DNA from: Selaginella moellendorffii
Taxonomy: Eukaryota > Plantae > Lycopodiophyta
Assembly: GCF_000143415.4 (NCBI RefSeq)
Contig: NW_003314385.1
Location: forward strand, 339,296 to 403,295
Direction: 5' to 3'
DNA: 64,000 bases
A model generated the notes under the pieces. The model searched no databases. It was given only the letters and a program-made list of their open reading frames with translations, and was not told the DNA's origin. The position numbers and the translations under genes were made by a program. Shown here piece by piece: positions 9,894 to 23,290 of this stretch; position 1 is the stretch's first letter, and each line of letters begins with the position of its first letter.

Positions 9894-12800
9894 ATGCCGG
9901 TACAAACTAGACGTACGACGAATTGGCACCCTTTCACCATACCTCAAGGCCCTAAGGTACGGAGTAAACTTTTCAACATCCAAAGGCAGCTTAGGTACGA
10001 CACTGCACCTTCTTGGGCTGAGTCCTCTTCCTCCTCGACAGATTCCAGTGACTTAGATCTACGAGCTATGGCGCAGCCACCCTTAGCTCGACCTCAGCTC
10101 CATGTTCTGCAGAAGGGGAGTGATCTGCCGGTCTTTTCAGGTGTTGGAACAGTCTCTCCAACATCGCATATTAGTCGCTTTGATTACTACTGCACCACAA
10201 ACATGATCGTCGACGATGATCGTATGTGCCGCGACTTCCTGCAGTCTCTCGAAGGCAAAGCAGCAACTTGGGCAGATTCTCTCCTCCCAGAGGACCGGAC
10301 AGACTTCCAGACACTACTTGCTTCTTTCAGAGAACGCTTCGTTGAAGAAAAACCCACAAATCGGCTACTTGTCGACCTTTTTTCGTTCCGACAGGGTGCT
10401 CACGAGACTGTTCCTGACTACATCACACGCTTTCGAGCTTACTGGAAGCAGTGTTGGGATCGCGGAGTAGTCCAAGATGAGCAACAGGGGATCACAGCAT
10501 TCATAGCAGGTCTGCGTGGGAACTTGCAGCGGAAACTTCTTAAGAGGACTTTCAGGTCTTGTCGTGAGGCATTTTCGTTTGCCACAAAGCTGGAAAGAGA
10601 GCTTCTGGTCGACTTGGGGATTGCTAGAGTTGATTTTGACCAAGCCATCATCCCGTCAGAGTCACCTTGTGCCACTATTCGCCCGTCCACATCAAAGCCT
10701 GTTGCTGTTGAGCGTACACCTCCGGCTCTTGAGAACTTTGCCAATGAGATGCGGCAGCTGAAGGAGATCATTCTTCAACAGCAATCACACCATGACAAAC
10801 TGCTCCAGGAGCTGGTGGAGTCCAGGAAAGAGGCCGCTAAGCTTGGGAACGCAGATTTAAGTCCCGTTGGTGCACTCACTGCGAGACGAACACACACAAC
10901 ACACAGCGCTGCTTCAAGCTTCACCCAGAGCTTCGGCCTCCATCTTCTCAACGTGTCCAACAACATCTCTTTGCTGATAACTCCACACAGCCTCAGGGTC
11001 CAGAGACATATCAGGAGCAGTTGGAGCGACAAGCAATTGAGGCAGCCCCTTCGTCAAGCAAAGGCAAGGCACCAGTCTCATTAGTCAACATGATTTTGGT
11101 AGCCGAGGAACTTTATAGGCAACAACAGCAAACCGCAGCCACTCGAGCCCAAGCGAAGAAGAAGGTAGCCACTCAGCCTACCATAGATCCCCCAGCGCCA
11201 GTTGAGAGCGACTCTCCGTTGGCCTCAGGCCCAATGACACAGAGGGTGGCTTGTAAACTCCCCTTCAAGTCACTCCTCTCTTCTCCTCCTGAGGTCTCAC
11301 CAGCAGCTACTCCTGTTCCGGAGCTGGTTCTTCAACAGCTGGTTGACACTCCTGTCACCTTTTCGCTCCGAGATATGTTGTGCCTTGTCACGGGATTCGG
11401 CCAGCATTTGGAGAAGTTTGCACGGTCAGGAACACCAGAGAGCACTCTCAAGAGGACTCCTCAAGAGGTGCACATCCTCGATATGACAAGATATGGAGGA
11501 GATCCTGGTCCGTTCTTCGTCCCGGTGCAGATCGGTACTTCCTCTTGTAGGATGGATGCTTTGGTTGACTCCGGTTCTGGAAGCAACATTATCTCTCTTG
11601 AAGCTGCCCTTTCAGCACAGCTATAGATCACTGAGAGCTCCTCCATTGTGCTCAAAACCTTCGCCAACCATACCGTTCCTCCAGCGGGAATTTGCTGTGG
11701 TGTCAAGGTCTTTGTGCAGGGTGTTATTTCTAAGGTGGATTTCCTCGTGGTTGACTACCAACGTCTTGGAACGTCCTCTTTGAAGGACTCTATCATCCTT
11801 GGCCGCTCATGGCAAGTCACAGCCCATTGCACCATTGATAGTGCACAAGGCAAGTTGGAAATTAGCGATGGAACCCATAGCGCCACCTTTCTCAACAACC
11901 ACGGCAGAGCTCTTTCTCAGCAAGCCCAGCAAGCTCGGACTAGGATGGCCTCCACACCATACTTTCCTCCCGACCTCACAGAGGTTTTTCCTGAGTTGGT
12001 AGTGGCGTCAACCATCTATATGGCGGATGCTTCCTCATGCAATGCGATTGACACGGTTGGAGGTGAGTCAGGTAGACCGAGACATCTCTCAACTTCACTC
12101 TCTTTATTTGAGAGTAAGGCCGAGCCTCTAGACAGGCCCTCTTTATTTGAGGGCAGGGCTTATAGGATACGGGCTCACATATCTAGCTTTTCAGAGTGTT
12201 TCTTGATAGAGGAAGGGCTCCTTGATTCGTTTCTTGCATGGGACCAAATCTCTCTTATTGAGCTTGATGACACAGTCACCCCAGACCGAGTCCATCTTTC
12301 ACAGGACACAGCTGAACTCAATTCTCCTCAGCAACTCCCTGAGATGTTACACAGCCAGCATCTTCCTACTAAAATTGCGGTAGCTGATGACTTCGAGCGT
12401 ATTTTGTCATGCTGTTTTTTGGAGACGGAAGATGACATCCAGTCACACAATTGGCAGGAAGAATCAAGCAAATCGGACGTGCTGCATGCAAGTTATAGCT
12501 CTTTGAGTTCGGAATTTCCGACCATGGAGCCCTCAGTACAAATCCAAGGGTATTACACTGAAACTTTAGCACCAAACTTGGACTGGACTTCGGTGGAGGA
12601 TCTTCCTTCCCTTGCAGAGTACCTGGCTGCAGTCCTTGCATTGGACATCGAGCACTCAGAGCATCAGAAGCAAAGAGAACCACAAACAAAGACTCCGGAT
12701 CCAACAGCAACGTTCTTACCAGACTTACCAGAGATGGTCTTGCCAGATGTAGTGTCCCCAGCATCTTTATTTGAGGAAGAGGCCACTCCTATGATTACAG

Positions 12801-15800
12801 CTTATTTTGACGGTGTTTTCTGCCCCAAAAACCAGGTTGCCGGCATTGGAGTTTGGATGATTGATTCTGTGGAGAACAAAGTAGCCGACCTCTCTATCAC
12901 TTTGCCAGCAACATCAGCTAATGAAGCAGAGTACTTGGCGGCCATCAGTGCCATGAAGCTGGCCACAAACCTCAAGTTTAGGCGAGTCACTTTCATTGGA
13001 GATGCGCAACTCATCATACGCCAACTTACTGGAGAATACCAAGTCCGCAAAGAGAACCTGAAAGAGCTGTGGCAGCGGGCGGTCAACCTGAAGGATGAGT
13101 TCTCTGAGGTGTCTTTTCAAAGTGTCCCCCGTGAAGAAAAATTTTGGGCAGACAGGTTATCACACCAAGCAATCACCACGATGCGAGAAGCTAAAGGCAC
13201 TCCCTGCTCTTCGGTTTCCAGGGTCAGGGAAGAATCAAAGATAGAGCCTCCTGAAACCAAGGTTTCCCCAGACTCCAGGGTTCATGCCGTTTTTCTAGGT
13301 GATGACAAGGATCCGGTCTTTATCGCCACATCGCTTGCTTCAACAAACGCAGCAAAGCTCTTGGATCTCCTTCACTGTTTCAAGGACGTGTTTGCTTGGG
13401 ACTACAGCCAGCTCCCAGGAGTTCCCATGGACACAATCATGCACAGTATCGTGCTTTCAGAGTCAGCCAAACCAGTCCGTCAAAAAATGCGGCGTTTCAG
13501 CCCGGCAGCTCACTCAGAGATGAAGTTGGAGATCGAGCGACTTCTGGCAGCCGGCTTTATTTACCCTTTGGAGAGCTCAGAGTGGGTGGCCAATCTCGTC
13601 CCTGCACGCAAGGCAAATGGAAAACTCCGCCTCTGTGTTGACTTTCGAGACTTGAACAAGGCAACTGCAAAAGATCACTTTCCAACTCCGTTTATCGATG
13701 CGATTGTGGATGAGATGGCTGGCCACTGGTACTACTCTTTCATGGATGGCTTTTCCGGGTACAACCAGATCTTCATTCATCCAGATCATCGAGATCTTAT
13801 GGCCTTCCGGACACCTTGGGGCGTCTTTGCTTTCAATGTCCTCCCATTCGGCTTGTGTAACGCCGGGGCTACTTTTCAGCGCTTTATGACCCACGCCTTT
13901 CACGACTTGATTGGAGGCGCTTTGAGGGTGTATATGGATGATCTGTGCACGACCTCAGACTCCTTTGAGGATCACCTTATGCACTTGGACCAGATTTTCA
14001 CTCGCTGCCGACACCACAGGTTTTCATTGAACCCGGCAAAGTGTAAATTCGGGGTAACCGAAGGCCGGTTACTGGGCTTTGATGTCTCTCAGGATGGGAT
14101 CAAACCCCAGGTAGCCAAGGCTCAAGAGATTCTGGATCGGAACCCACCAACCAACTTGAAGCAGCTTCGCAGTTTCCTTGGGCAAACGGGTTTCTTTCGC
14201 CGTTTCATCCACAACTATGCTGCACGTTCACGGCCTCTGGTAGCTTTGCTACAACACAGTGTTCCATTTATCTGGGGTGAGTCCCAACAACAAGCCTTTG
14301 AATCACTACAGCAGTCACTCCGCACGGCCCCGGTACTCCAACCACCAGAACGACAACTTCCTTTTGACATTTACATCACAACGGGTACAGAGGCTTTTGG
14401 AGTATGCCTTTGCCAATGTTCACAGCCTGGCAAGCCACCACATGCAACATATTATGCCTCACATTCGTTCAAGGAGACTGAAAAGAAATATGTGGATGCG
14501 GAAAAAGAAGCAGTGGCTGTTGTTTACACCTTGGAGCAATTCTGTCACTTTCTCGCTGGAGCCCGTATCCATTTCCACGTCTATTTTAATGTGCTCACCT
14601 TTCTTTTACAGTGACCGGTTCACAGTACTCGTACTTTATCTTGGATTGTGACCATCCAAGAGTTCCAACCAACTTTTCACATGCGGCGGAAGCGTGTGAT
14701 GGATCCGAGCGAGTTCCTGGTTGCTGAGGCTACCTCCTTTGTGGTCCCAGCAGCATTACAGGATGTTGCGGTGTACCTAGATTCAGGTCAGTTCCCAGCA
14801 GATTCCTCACTAGTACAACAAAAGGCATTGGAGATCCGAGCACGGGGGTTTTGCCTTCTTGATGGACACCTTTACAGGAGGACTTCCCAGGAAGTTTTGT
14901 TGCGGTGTGTGGGAGAACACGAGGTCCCTGAGCTCCTTCGCGCTTTCCACTCTTGTGCGGGGCATTTCTCGGGACGGGTTACAGCACAGCTCCTCTACTG
15001 GCTACTTTTGGCCTCAGATTCACCAGGACAGCTTGGCCTATGCAAAGTCATGTGAGCAGTGCTAATGGTTCAACCCCCGGAGCCATGTTCCATGTCTTCC
15101 TTTCCAGATCATCACTTCTCCGGGTCCCTTTTTCCAGTGGGGACTTGACTTCGTTGGCCCGATCAACCCACCGAGCTCAAAAGGACAGCGATACATCATC
15201 GTGGCGACAGACTATTTCACAAAATGGGTCGAGGCCACCCCTTTGCGACAAGCGGATCAACAGTCTACAGCAAAGTTTGTCTACGAGTACATAATTTGCC
15301 GATTTGGAGTTCCCGCAGTTTTGGTTTCTGATCGTGGCAGCGGCTTCCTTGGACAGGTGATGCAGCGTCTTCTCCAGCAGTTGCAGGTCAAGCATGTGAA
15401 GAGCAGCAGCTATTATCCTGAGTGCAATGGCCAGGCAGAGTCCAGCAACAAGATATTGAAGATAGTCATCTCAAAGCTTGTGGAGGATCACCCAAGGCGT
15501 TGGCACGAGCACTTGGTTACGGCGTTGTGGGCCTTTCGGACGTCCTTCAAGACATCCATCTCTGCGACCCCATTCTCCCTTGTCTATGGGACAGAGGCCG
15601 TGCTCCCAGTGGAGATCCAGGTGCCATCACTCTCACTTTCACTTCAATACGCAGCAGCGATGCAGCTTAGCGATGAGGACAAGCTTCATGCACGTGACTT
15701 GGAGGTTCTTGCCTTGGAAGAATGGCGACAATCCACGACTGAACATCTCCTTCGAGGCAAGTAGAAGATTAAGTCAGTCATCGATCACCAGCAGTCTGCC

Positions 15801-15992
15801 GAACCATTCGAGGATGGCGATCTCGTTCTACTCAAGGAGTTCACGCCACCTTTGAAATTCTCCCCTCGCTGGACCGGCCCCTACTTTGTCCAGCGACACA
15901 TTGGAGGTGGAGCATACGTGCTACTTGATGCTGAGGGACGTGAGCTCCCACACGCTCACAACCACTCTCATCTCAAACGCTTCATCCGGTGA
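9894..15992 (+). pseudogene. gag-pol of element B, disrupted
   Basis: Retrotrans_gag (FRQGAHETVPDYITRF). Zn knuckle CTHCETNTHNTQRC after a frameshift at ~10848. Protease LVDSGS. aRNase H (YFDG..ANEAEY..GDAQLII). RT YMDD, RNase H, integrase (GLDFVGP, SDRG, NGQAE). Stops at 11624, 14612, 15063 and 15762; second frameshift at ~14995. Confidence 0.92.
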
Positions 15993-16712
15993 GGCGTTCC
16001 TTTTCTCTTCTTTTTCTTTTTCTTTTTCTTCCTTTCTTTCACTTTACTTTCGTGGCTACTTTTCTTACTTTCAGAGGGTGTTTCTCCATTGGACAATGGC
16101 CCATGCCTTGGATTTCGTGCTTAGGCTGCATTGCCGTTTGTATGGAGGTTCCTCGCTTGGCTCGGTCTATGTTCCAGGTTCTTTGGCCCTTCCTTTATCA
16201 TTACTACACCCTACACATTTCCCACATTTCATTCCATATCATCTACACTCACAGTTCCATCACCAATCACTTCCAACAGCGTTGCCCGCACTTATCTCTA
16301 GATGCCCATCTTGCATCTTTCATTCTTTCACCATCATTCCCATCTCCATTCGAGGTCACATTTACACCATACCACGGACGCACATACATGCAGCAAAAGA
16401 CACCACCTCACTTGGACGTGCCATGTCCAAGATGTCCTTACGACCATTTGCCGACAATGCACTAGCTTTTCTGGAACGACTTTCTTCCAACCAGGTGAAC
16501 CTGTTCACTCAAGGCACCTAGGTGGATCTTTAGGCGAGGCCACAGAAGCCGAAGCCACTTTCTCCTGCTCTAGCACTCAGTGGACACATGCCACCTCTCT
16601 TTACCGGCAACCCAGCGACTATGCCGTCCTTTTCAGCTGCTGACTTCTTCAGTCCGACACATCAGACTAGCCACCTTCTCAGAGAGCCACCACCATCTCA
16701 ACGCTCCACCAT

Positions 16713-17072
16713 GGAGCTGGCGCAGGAGTAGGAGCAAGAGCAGGTGGTTACCAGTTACTGGTTACAGGTACCCGGCTACCGGTTATCGGTTACCGGCTAC
16801 TCCGGGTGGTCAGTGTTTACTCTACGGGCCAACGGTTATCAATGGCTACCACTTCCAAGTGCCACCACCATCTCGGCGCTCTACCATATCACTCCATCTT
16901 TCATCATTTCCACACTTACCACCCTTGGGCAACGCATCCCCTCTTCTGCCTCTCTTTCTTTCTCGATTTCGGCCAATCCTTGGAGCATACCGGGAGTCAT
17001 CAAGAGGTTGCATTTGCATATTACACTTTCCTGAGCCGAAATCCAAGTACGGGTTAAGTTCTTTGGGTACTC
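16713..17072 (+). repeat. Internal direct repeat, 3' UTR copy
   Basis: Matches 9326-9783 with a shorter GGCTAC array. Confidence 0.9.
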
Positions 17073-17725
17073 ACGTTCTTTTTCCTCTATTTTCCTCCTC
17101 TTTTCACACTTTTTCTACACTTTTCTTCAACTTCAGGGTCCAGTTTGACTACAGGGTTTCCCACCGGGTTTTCTCCCTGTCTCCAAACTTCTCACCTACC
17201 TTTTTCTTTCTTTTCCACTCTGTTTTCTAGAGTTTCTACTATTTCACGCAGTTACCAGCACTTGGCATCAGTAGCAAACGTACACTCTACACTCTTCGGA
17301 GGGTTCTCGCGCGTCTGGAGCCAGCGCGATCCACCGTGGTCGCATGTTAGGGCGTGGCCACCGAGAGAGTGAGAGAGAGGGAGGGAATATTCTGGTCCTT
17401 AGAATATTCCCCATCTTCCTTGTATAAAACCCTTGCCTCACAAGGGCGAGGGGGGTTATTTTGTGGAGAGCAATGAAGCATTTCTCGTGTTTGAGCGAGT
17501 GTTGGGGGAAGTGCCCCTCCTTCCCCCAACATCCCTTACTGGCCCTTTTTTCATCCACCACATCGTGCGCAAGTTCATGCATGAACTTGAGTGGAGAGCC
17601 ATGTCTTTTCGACACGCTACTCCTCGAGGATAGGTCCATATCTAGGACCCTCTGATTCCAATACAAGCGGTGATATACTTGGCCACCAATAAGAGTCGGA
17701 CTAAGGAACAACTCCGATACCAAGT

Positions 17726-19554
17726 TGTAAGCCACTAAAATTTTCCATTCTACTTTAGTCACTTAACCACACCTCTGACCACTTTGAGGAGTCTCATTCA
17801 TAACCTCCTTAAGTGCAATTCAGGACTTGGGACTTGCTAGTCCCAAGAATGGCATCCATGCCACTCAACACTTGCACTTGGTCCAAGTGCTCCATGTGTC
17901 CAATCCCAAGACCGACACCCAAAGGTACCATTGACATATCGGCCCGTTACACTAAGGCCATGCCCATTCACCTTTGCCACACTAGTGGTCCAATACCACT
18001 TGCATCACAATCCCATCTCTCCAAGACTGGGCCAACCATCCGTGAGTGGTCATCCCAGATCCACTCCTTAGCATCTTTAGGATGCCTACCGACAAGGGGA
18101 ACAGCCTTCCCCAATATCCCTCTGTCAGTCCCCACTAGGTCCCTTTTTGCCCTTGGCCGTGTTTGCCAACAGTGCCACTGGATCGAGGCCCACAGGCTTG
18201 ACCACTAAGTCCCATGGTCCTCTGGGACTTCCTCACCACATGACCGTATCCTTGGCCACCACACCAAAGAACTGCTCCTTTTCCTTTCCATAGTCTGGGA
18301 CTTGGGGACAACACTTTAGAACATCGTGGCCTTACGCGGGCCACCTAGGTACTCTCCCCGCCTTCCACCTTTGGGTGCTCTAGCCATGGGCTTAGAGCGA
18401 GGTTCCGTTGAGCCACGCCTGGTATCCAAGTAGGTAGTGCCACCCACACTTGGACTGGGAGCATCGGCCAGTCGATCTCCCGGGGGAACTAGAGCCGGCT
18501 CTTGAACACTTCACCAAGCTACCCCACTTGTCGGTCCATATTCACTCTAGTCTTGGACTTCCCAGTGGTCAGTTCATCACCCAACACTGGGTTTGGCCTT
18601 CCTGGGCCAAACTGGCCTTTTCTGGCCAAACTGACTCCACTACAGTCCTCCCCTTTACTATACTTTTGGAGCTCACCAAACCCCCCAGGGTCTGGGAGAC
18701 AAACGCTTTGGGCTTTCACCCTCTCAGACTCGAACTCGGACTCAAACTCGGACTCAAACTCGGATTCGGACTCGGACTCGGACTTTGGACTTGGGCTTGG
18801 TCTCGGCCTCAGCCTCGGTCTCGGTCTCGGTCCCAGTCTGGGTCTCGGTCTCGGTCCCAGTCTGGGTCTCGGTCTCGGTCCTGGTCTCGGTCTCGACTTC
18901 GGACTCCATCTCGGGCTCCATCTTGGGTCCATCTTGGACTCCATCTCGGTCCATCTCGGACTCCATCTCGGGTCCATCTCGGACTCCATCTCGGTCCATC
19001 TTGGACTCCATCTCGGGTCCATCTTGGTCCATCTCTGGTCCATCTTGGACTCCATCTCGGACTCCATCTCGGACTCCATCTTGGACTTCAGCTCGGACTC
19101 CAGCTCGGACTCCATCTCGGACTCCAACTCGGACTCCACCTCAGACTCCATCTCGGACTCCATCTCGGACTCCATCTCGGACTCCATCTCGGAGTCCACC
19201 TCGGACTCCAACTCGGACTCCATCTCGAACTCCACCTTGGACTCCATCTCGGACTCCGTCTCGGTCCATCTCGGACTCCATCTCGGACTCTAACTCGGGT
19301 CCATCTCGGACTCCATCTCGGACACTTCCACGTGTCATGTGTTGGTCCTTTTAGGTCCCTTTTTGGAGCCTCGCTTATTGCTCACTTCATGCTTGTTCCT
19401 CAAGCCCTTTGTTGGGAGTTCCACTCCCGCTCTCGACCTTTCAAGTCGGAGCTTTTGGTCCAAACGTGTTACACTCGTTTGGCTTTCGATTCGGCCACTC
19501 CACGTGGCACCCTTTCGGCTCCACTTTGGGGGCCTAGGGATTTTGTGTCTCACA
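17726..19554 (-). repeat. 5' LTR of element A (1829 bp) with expanded microsatellite at ~18722-19323
   Basis: Adjoins the PBS; direct repeat of 2815-4408. Confidence 0.92.
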
Positions 19555-19899
19555 CCAAGGTTATTCAAATAACCTCAGCCCCTCGGCCAGCAAAACTGCC
19601 TAAGGTGGCCGGCCTGGCCTCAACCTTAGGCAGTTTGGCCACCCGAGGGGCTGAGGTTATTCAAATAACCTCGGTCCCTCAGCCAGCAAAACTGCCCGAG
19701 GTGGCCAGCCCTAAAGAAGCAATCAAGAAAAAAGCAAGAAGAAAAAAACTAAAAGTGGAAGCAATCAAATTGAAATTCACCCTTGGTGGCATCTTTCCTT
19801 CCCGATTTCTTGATCGTGCTGGATTTCTTGTGTGCTCAATCTCTCCCGCTCGTGCTCAGTCTCTCCGGCTTGCGCGCTCAAACTCTCCTGCTCACACGC

Positions 19900-20035
19900 T
19901 CAATCTCTCAATCTCAATCCCTCGATCTCCTTCATGCTCAATCCCTCGATCTCCTTTGCGCTCAATCCCTCGATCTCTTTCGTGCTCAATCCCTTGATCT
20001 CCTTCACACTCAATCTCTTAATCTCTCGCACGCTC
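19900..20035. repeat. 24-bp minisatellite (CTCAATCCCTCGATCTCCTTCATG-like), about 5 copies
   Basis: Visible tandem units, followed by scattered CCCTAA motifs at 20056-20110. Confidence 0.8.
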
Positions 20036-21062
20036 CACTCACGGTGCAAACAGTAACCTAATGTTGGCGGCCACCCTAACCCTAATCCTGACGGCTGCCC
20101 TAACCCTAACCAATCTCTCATCCTGGCCATTCATTCCGAATAACCTAAATCTCAACCATCACAATATCTTTGATCTTATTTTATCTTATCATTATTATTA
20201 TATGTAAATTATGCTTCTTTATTTTGTATATTTTAATGATGATAGCACCTATCAACATTTTTGTTATTAGAGATATGATATTATATTTTACAAATTATCT
20301 AGAAAGCATGCATTCTCATCAATATTTTGTACATATTTTGGAATCGTTACAAGAACTTTAAAGAGTATAAATAAGGCACGTTAAAATATGTTGTACTATA
20401 TCCATTTATGAATGGATGAATCCTCATCCAGAAATTTATTTTGTGTTGTATTAGATCCTAAACAATACGCACGTGCTTTAAATATCATTGAGCAGTGTTC
20501 ACAATTATGGATAAAACTTGAGTTGTACTACAAATCAAATCTGTCAGTGAAGAACAAGATTTGACAAGATTTATTATCAAGATTTATTATCATCTACCAC
20601 TTAAAATTTGACAACTTGACATATCACACGTACTGACAGTCAGATTGGATCTCGTTTTTTGACATGCTATAGTAGAATGTCATTACTGGTATCATTATTA
20701 ACTATCAAACTTCATGTGCTGAAAATATTTCCTTTGATCTATGTGTATACATGCATCAGACATCATAATAGATGACAGTAATATTAATACTGTCACACTT
20801 GAACATGTTAAATTTGCTATAGAATTTAAATTCATTTTGTATGTTGTCTTCTTGTTACTCTATTTAAATTTCAATTATGTTTCACTATGGATTTTTACAA
20901 GTAGCATAAAGAGAGAGAACTCCAAAACCTATTGAGAAGGATGAAGAGGTTTCTTCTTCATTTTCGAGATCACCCACCTCTTTCATTCTCTCAGAGTATT
21001 GTTTCTGAAAGTTTTTTATGTCGGTGTTTTGATTTTCATCTTGGCTCTATTTCTTTAGAGCT

Positions 21063-23290
21063 GTGATTCGCAATGACACCGGTATAGTTGCATACTCGGA
21101 GTTTCTTCTTTCTGGTGTGGGTGAGGGTGGACAACAATGGGATTTACAGAATTCCAAGTTGAAGGAGATTCAAGTGTTTGGATCTCCAATCAAAATGCCA
21201 AAATGCACTCCAACCAAAGTGAATGTGAAGCAAGAGTCAGTCATTATCCTCTTGTCCTCTTTTAGTTCAAGTGGAGAAGTCATGCTAGTGTTGGCGCCAA
21301 ATTCACCAGCTCCAGCTCTAGCTTCAGCTCCAACTTCAACAATATTCAAAGCCGTTAGCAATGCTTTCCAATTTTCACGCCTCTCAATCGACATGCACTT
21401 GTTTTGTATAGGCTTGTGAGTGAGCTTCCATCCTCCTACAACAGCAACATTTTCTTCGAGTTACCACCTCTTGTCAGCAGCACAGGTTCCAAATGGAAGG
21501 GGATGGAAACCAAGCAGGATGTCCATAATTGATGCAAGATCAAGACCACACATTTCCAACATTTTGAAGGCATAGTGTCTACAGTTCATTATGGCAGGCA
21601 TTTAGATTGTGTGGATGAAGCATGCAATCGAGACTGCTGTAGAAACTCTATATTTTTCGAAGGGTCTGCAATCAATCCTCCAGCCTGTAACACCATTGCT
21701 GTTGGATTCAAATGTCGATTCTGCAAAAATGCTCCTCTATGTCGTGCTATCTGCGAGGCCAAGATGTACTACTTTCTGCTACGGGATGGAGTGGCTGAAA
21801 GAGCTACAGTGCATGTTGGCACACATATGCATCCAATGTAGGAAGGGATACAAAGGAGTTCTCTCAACTATTTCAAAGATGTTGTGCAGGAAGAAACTAT
21901 GAGAAACTCATCTATAACTCCGAAGCATGTTCAGAAGACCGTCCTCAAGGATTTTATCGCAAACACCTTACTCAATCCAAGTTGCCAAGAGACTCAACTA
22001 AACGAGGCTAGCTTGCGGGACTTACTACAAGGAGTACAACCTGCTACTAGCCTAAAGAGGTACATCTGTTATATTTCATTATATTGAAATTGTTATAATA
22101 TTTGTGTTTTCATAGGCTACGTTGTAACTTAACAATTGCGATAGTAGAGTTTAAAGTACAAGACCAGACAACATAGGAAATATTTTGGAAGTCCCTCTCT
22201 GATATTGTCCTAAAGCGGACTGATAAGTCTGCAAACTTTCACGGTTTCATGGCAGATGGGGTTAGTGCAAATTGGAATGGTATCCGAGCAGTTTTTGGGA
22301 ATGGTCAGCCATTGGAAGGTCGTGAGAGGACTTGTGAGTTCCATTGGGCTCAAAGCCTAAACTAGCATTGCCACCTTATCAAGCCAAAGTTTCAATCAAT
22401 ATTTAAGGAGTTGTGCAAACAATGGCAGGTTGCACCTTCTGAAGAAGAGCATAAGGCAAAAACAAACGAGATTTGAATGTGGTGGCGTGAAGATGGCTAT
22501 ACAGACATAAGTTGCCTACCACAACTTGAGTCATGGTTAGGATGGTGGGAAGTTAGGATGTTCCACTGGGGACATCACTCTTTTTAGGTTTGTTTATATT
22601 TTTTTCTTCTCCTTTTATTACCTCTTAATATTGCCTTTTCCATTAGTTGAGGACCTCGTATACACCCCAACTATGAATCTCTTCAAAAGTAAGCTGAGAT
22701 AGTGCTGGCTATATTGTTGCAACACCGACGCCAACCATATGAAGTGGCTTGAAGACACTATAGTGACTAAACTTGATGTAGTACCTAAAGAATGGCCAGT
22801 TGCTAATGAGGTCGCACTCACCTCGGATGAGATTGAAAACCTTGAGAAATCTGGTTTCAATCTTGAAAGGAGAGTTGGAGATATGAGTGATAGAACCAGG
22901 ACTATTCCTACAGAGATGCATAGGAAGCCAACACGAAAAGGTAAAGTAGTTAAATTTATTGGTACCGTCTCCAAGCAGAAGTAAGGTAAAATAAACTTGG
23001 CTCAAACACTTGAGTGTGAGATTCTCTCCATGAAGTACATCACTACAATTGCAAAGGAGTACATAGTCAAAACAGAAGATGGAGAGTACACAATTGCCAT
23101 TTACGACTTTCCTTCTTGCACATGTCCAAACTTTACAAAGCGCAAGGAATATAGGAAGGCATATGCTCTTTGCAAACATATGTACTACATCTTCATTAAC
23201 ATCTTGCGCCAAAATCCTAAAGTGGATATTCATATACACCAAGCAAACTTTACTATTGCTAAGTCGCAGAAAACTTTTGGAGCTAATTAG
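21063..23290 (+). pseudogene. Decayed MULE-like transposase with a C-terminal SWIM zinc finger
   Basis: Cys/His block CRFC..C..HVGTHMHP. GFMAD..ANWNGIRAVFG..TCEFHWAQSL at 22243-22359 fits the MULE D..CxxH motif. SWIM CTCPNF..CKHMYY. Several stops and probable short introns. Confidence 0.72.

Larger units (their letters stand above)
8287..17531 (+). mobile_element. Element B: TatI-type Ty3/gypsy LTR retrotransposon nested in A
   Basis: 187-bp LTRs at 8287-8473 and 17345-17531 (TGTT..AACA, few mismatches). 4-bp TSD TCCC. PBS at 8476-8492. Domain order GAG-PR-aRH-RT-RH-INT. Confidence 0.92.
2815..19554 (-). mobile_element. Element A: non-autonomous LTR retrotransposon with decayed Ty3/gypsy-like interior; contains nested element B
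   Basis: LTRs 2815-4408 and 17726-19554 (TG..CA). TSD CCAAG at 2810-2814 and 19555-19559. PBS TGGTATCGGAG at 17712-17722. PPT GGGTGGTGGAGT at 4409-4420. No long ORF in 4409-8286. Confidence 0.92.

Noticed and set aside
10838-10856. Programmed -1 frameshift in element B
   Set aside because: No X XXY YYZ heptamer in frame. Restoring one A (GGGAAAC) gives a continuous ORF upstream of the Gag zinc knuckle, so a deletion is more likely.
20056-20110. Interstitial telomere (CCCTAA)
   Set aside because: Only a few dispersed units; at most telo-box-like motifs.
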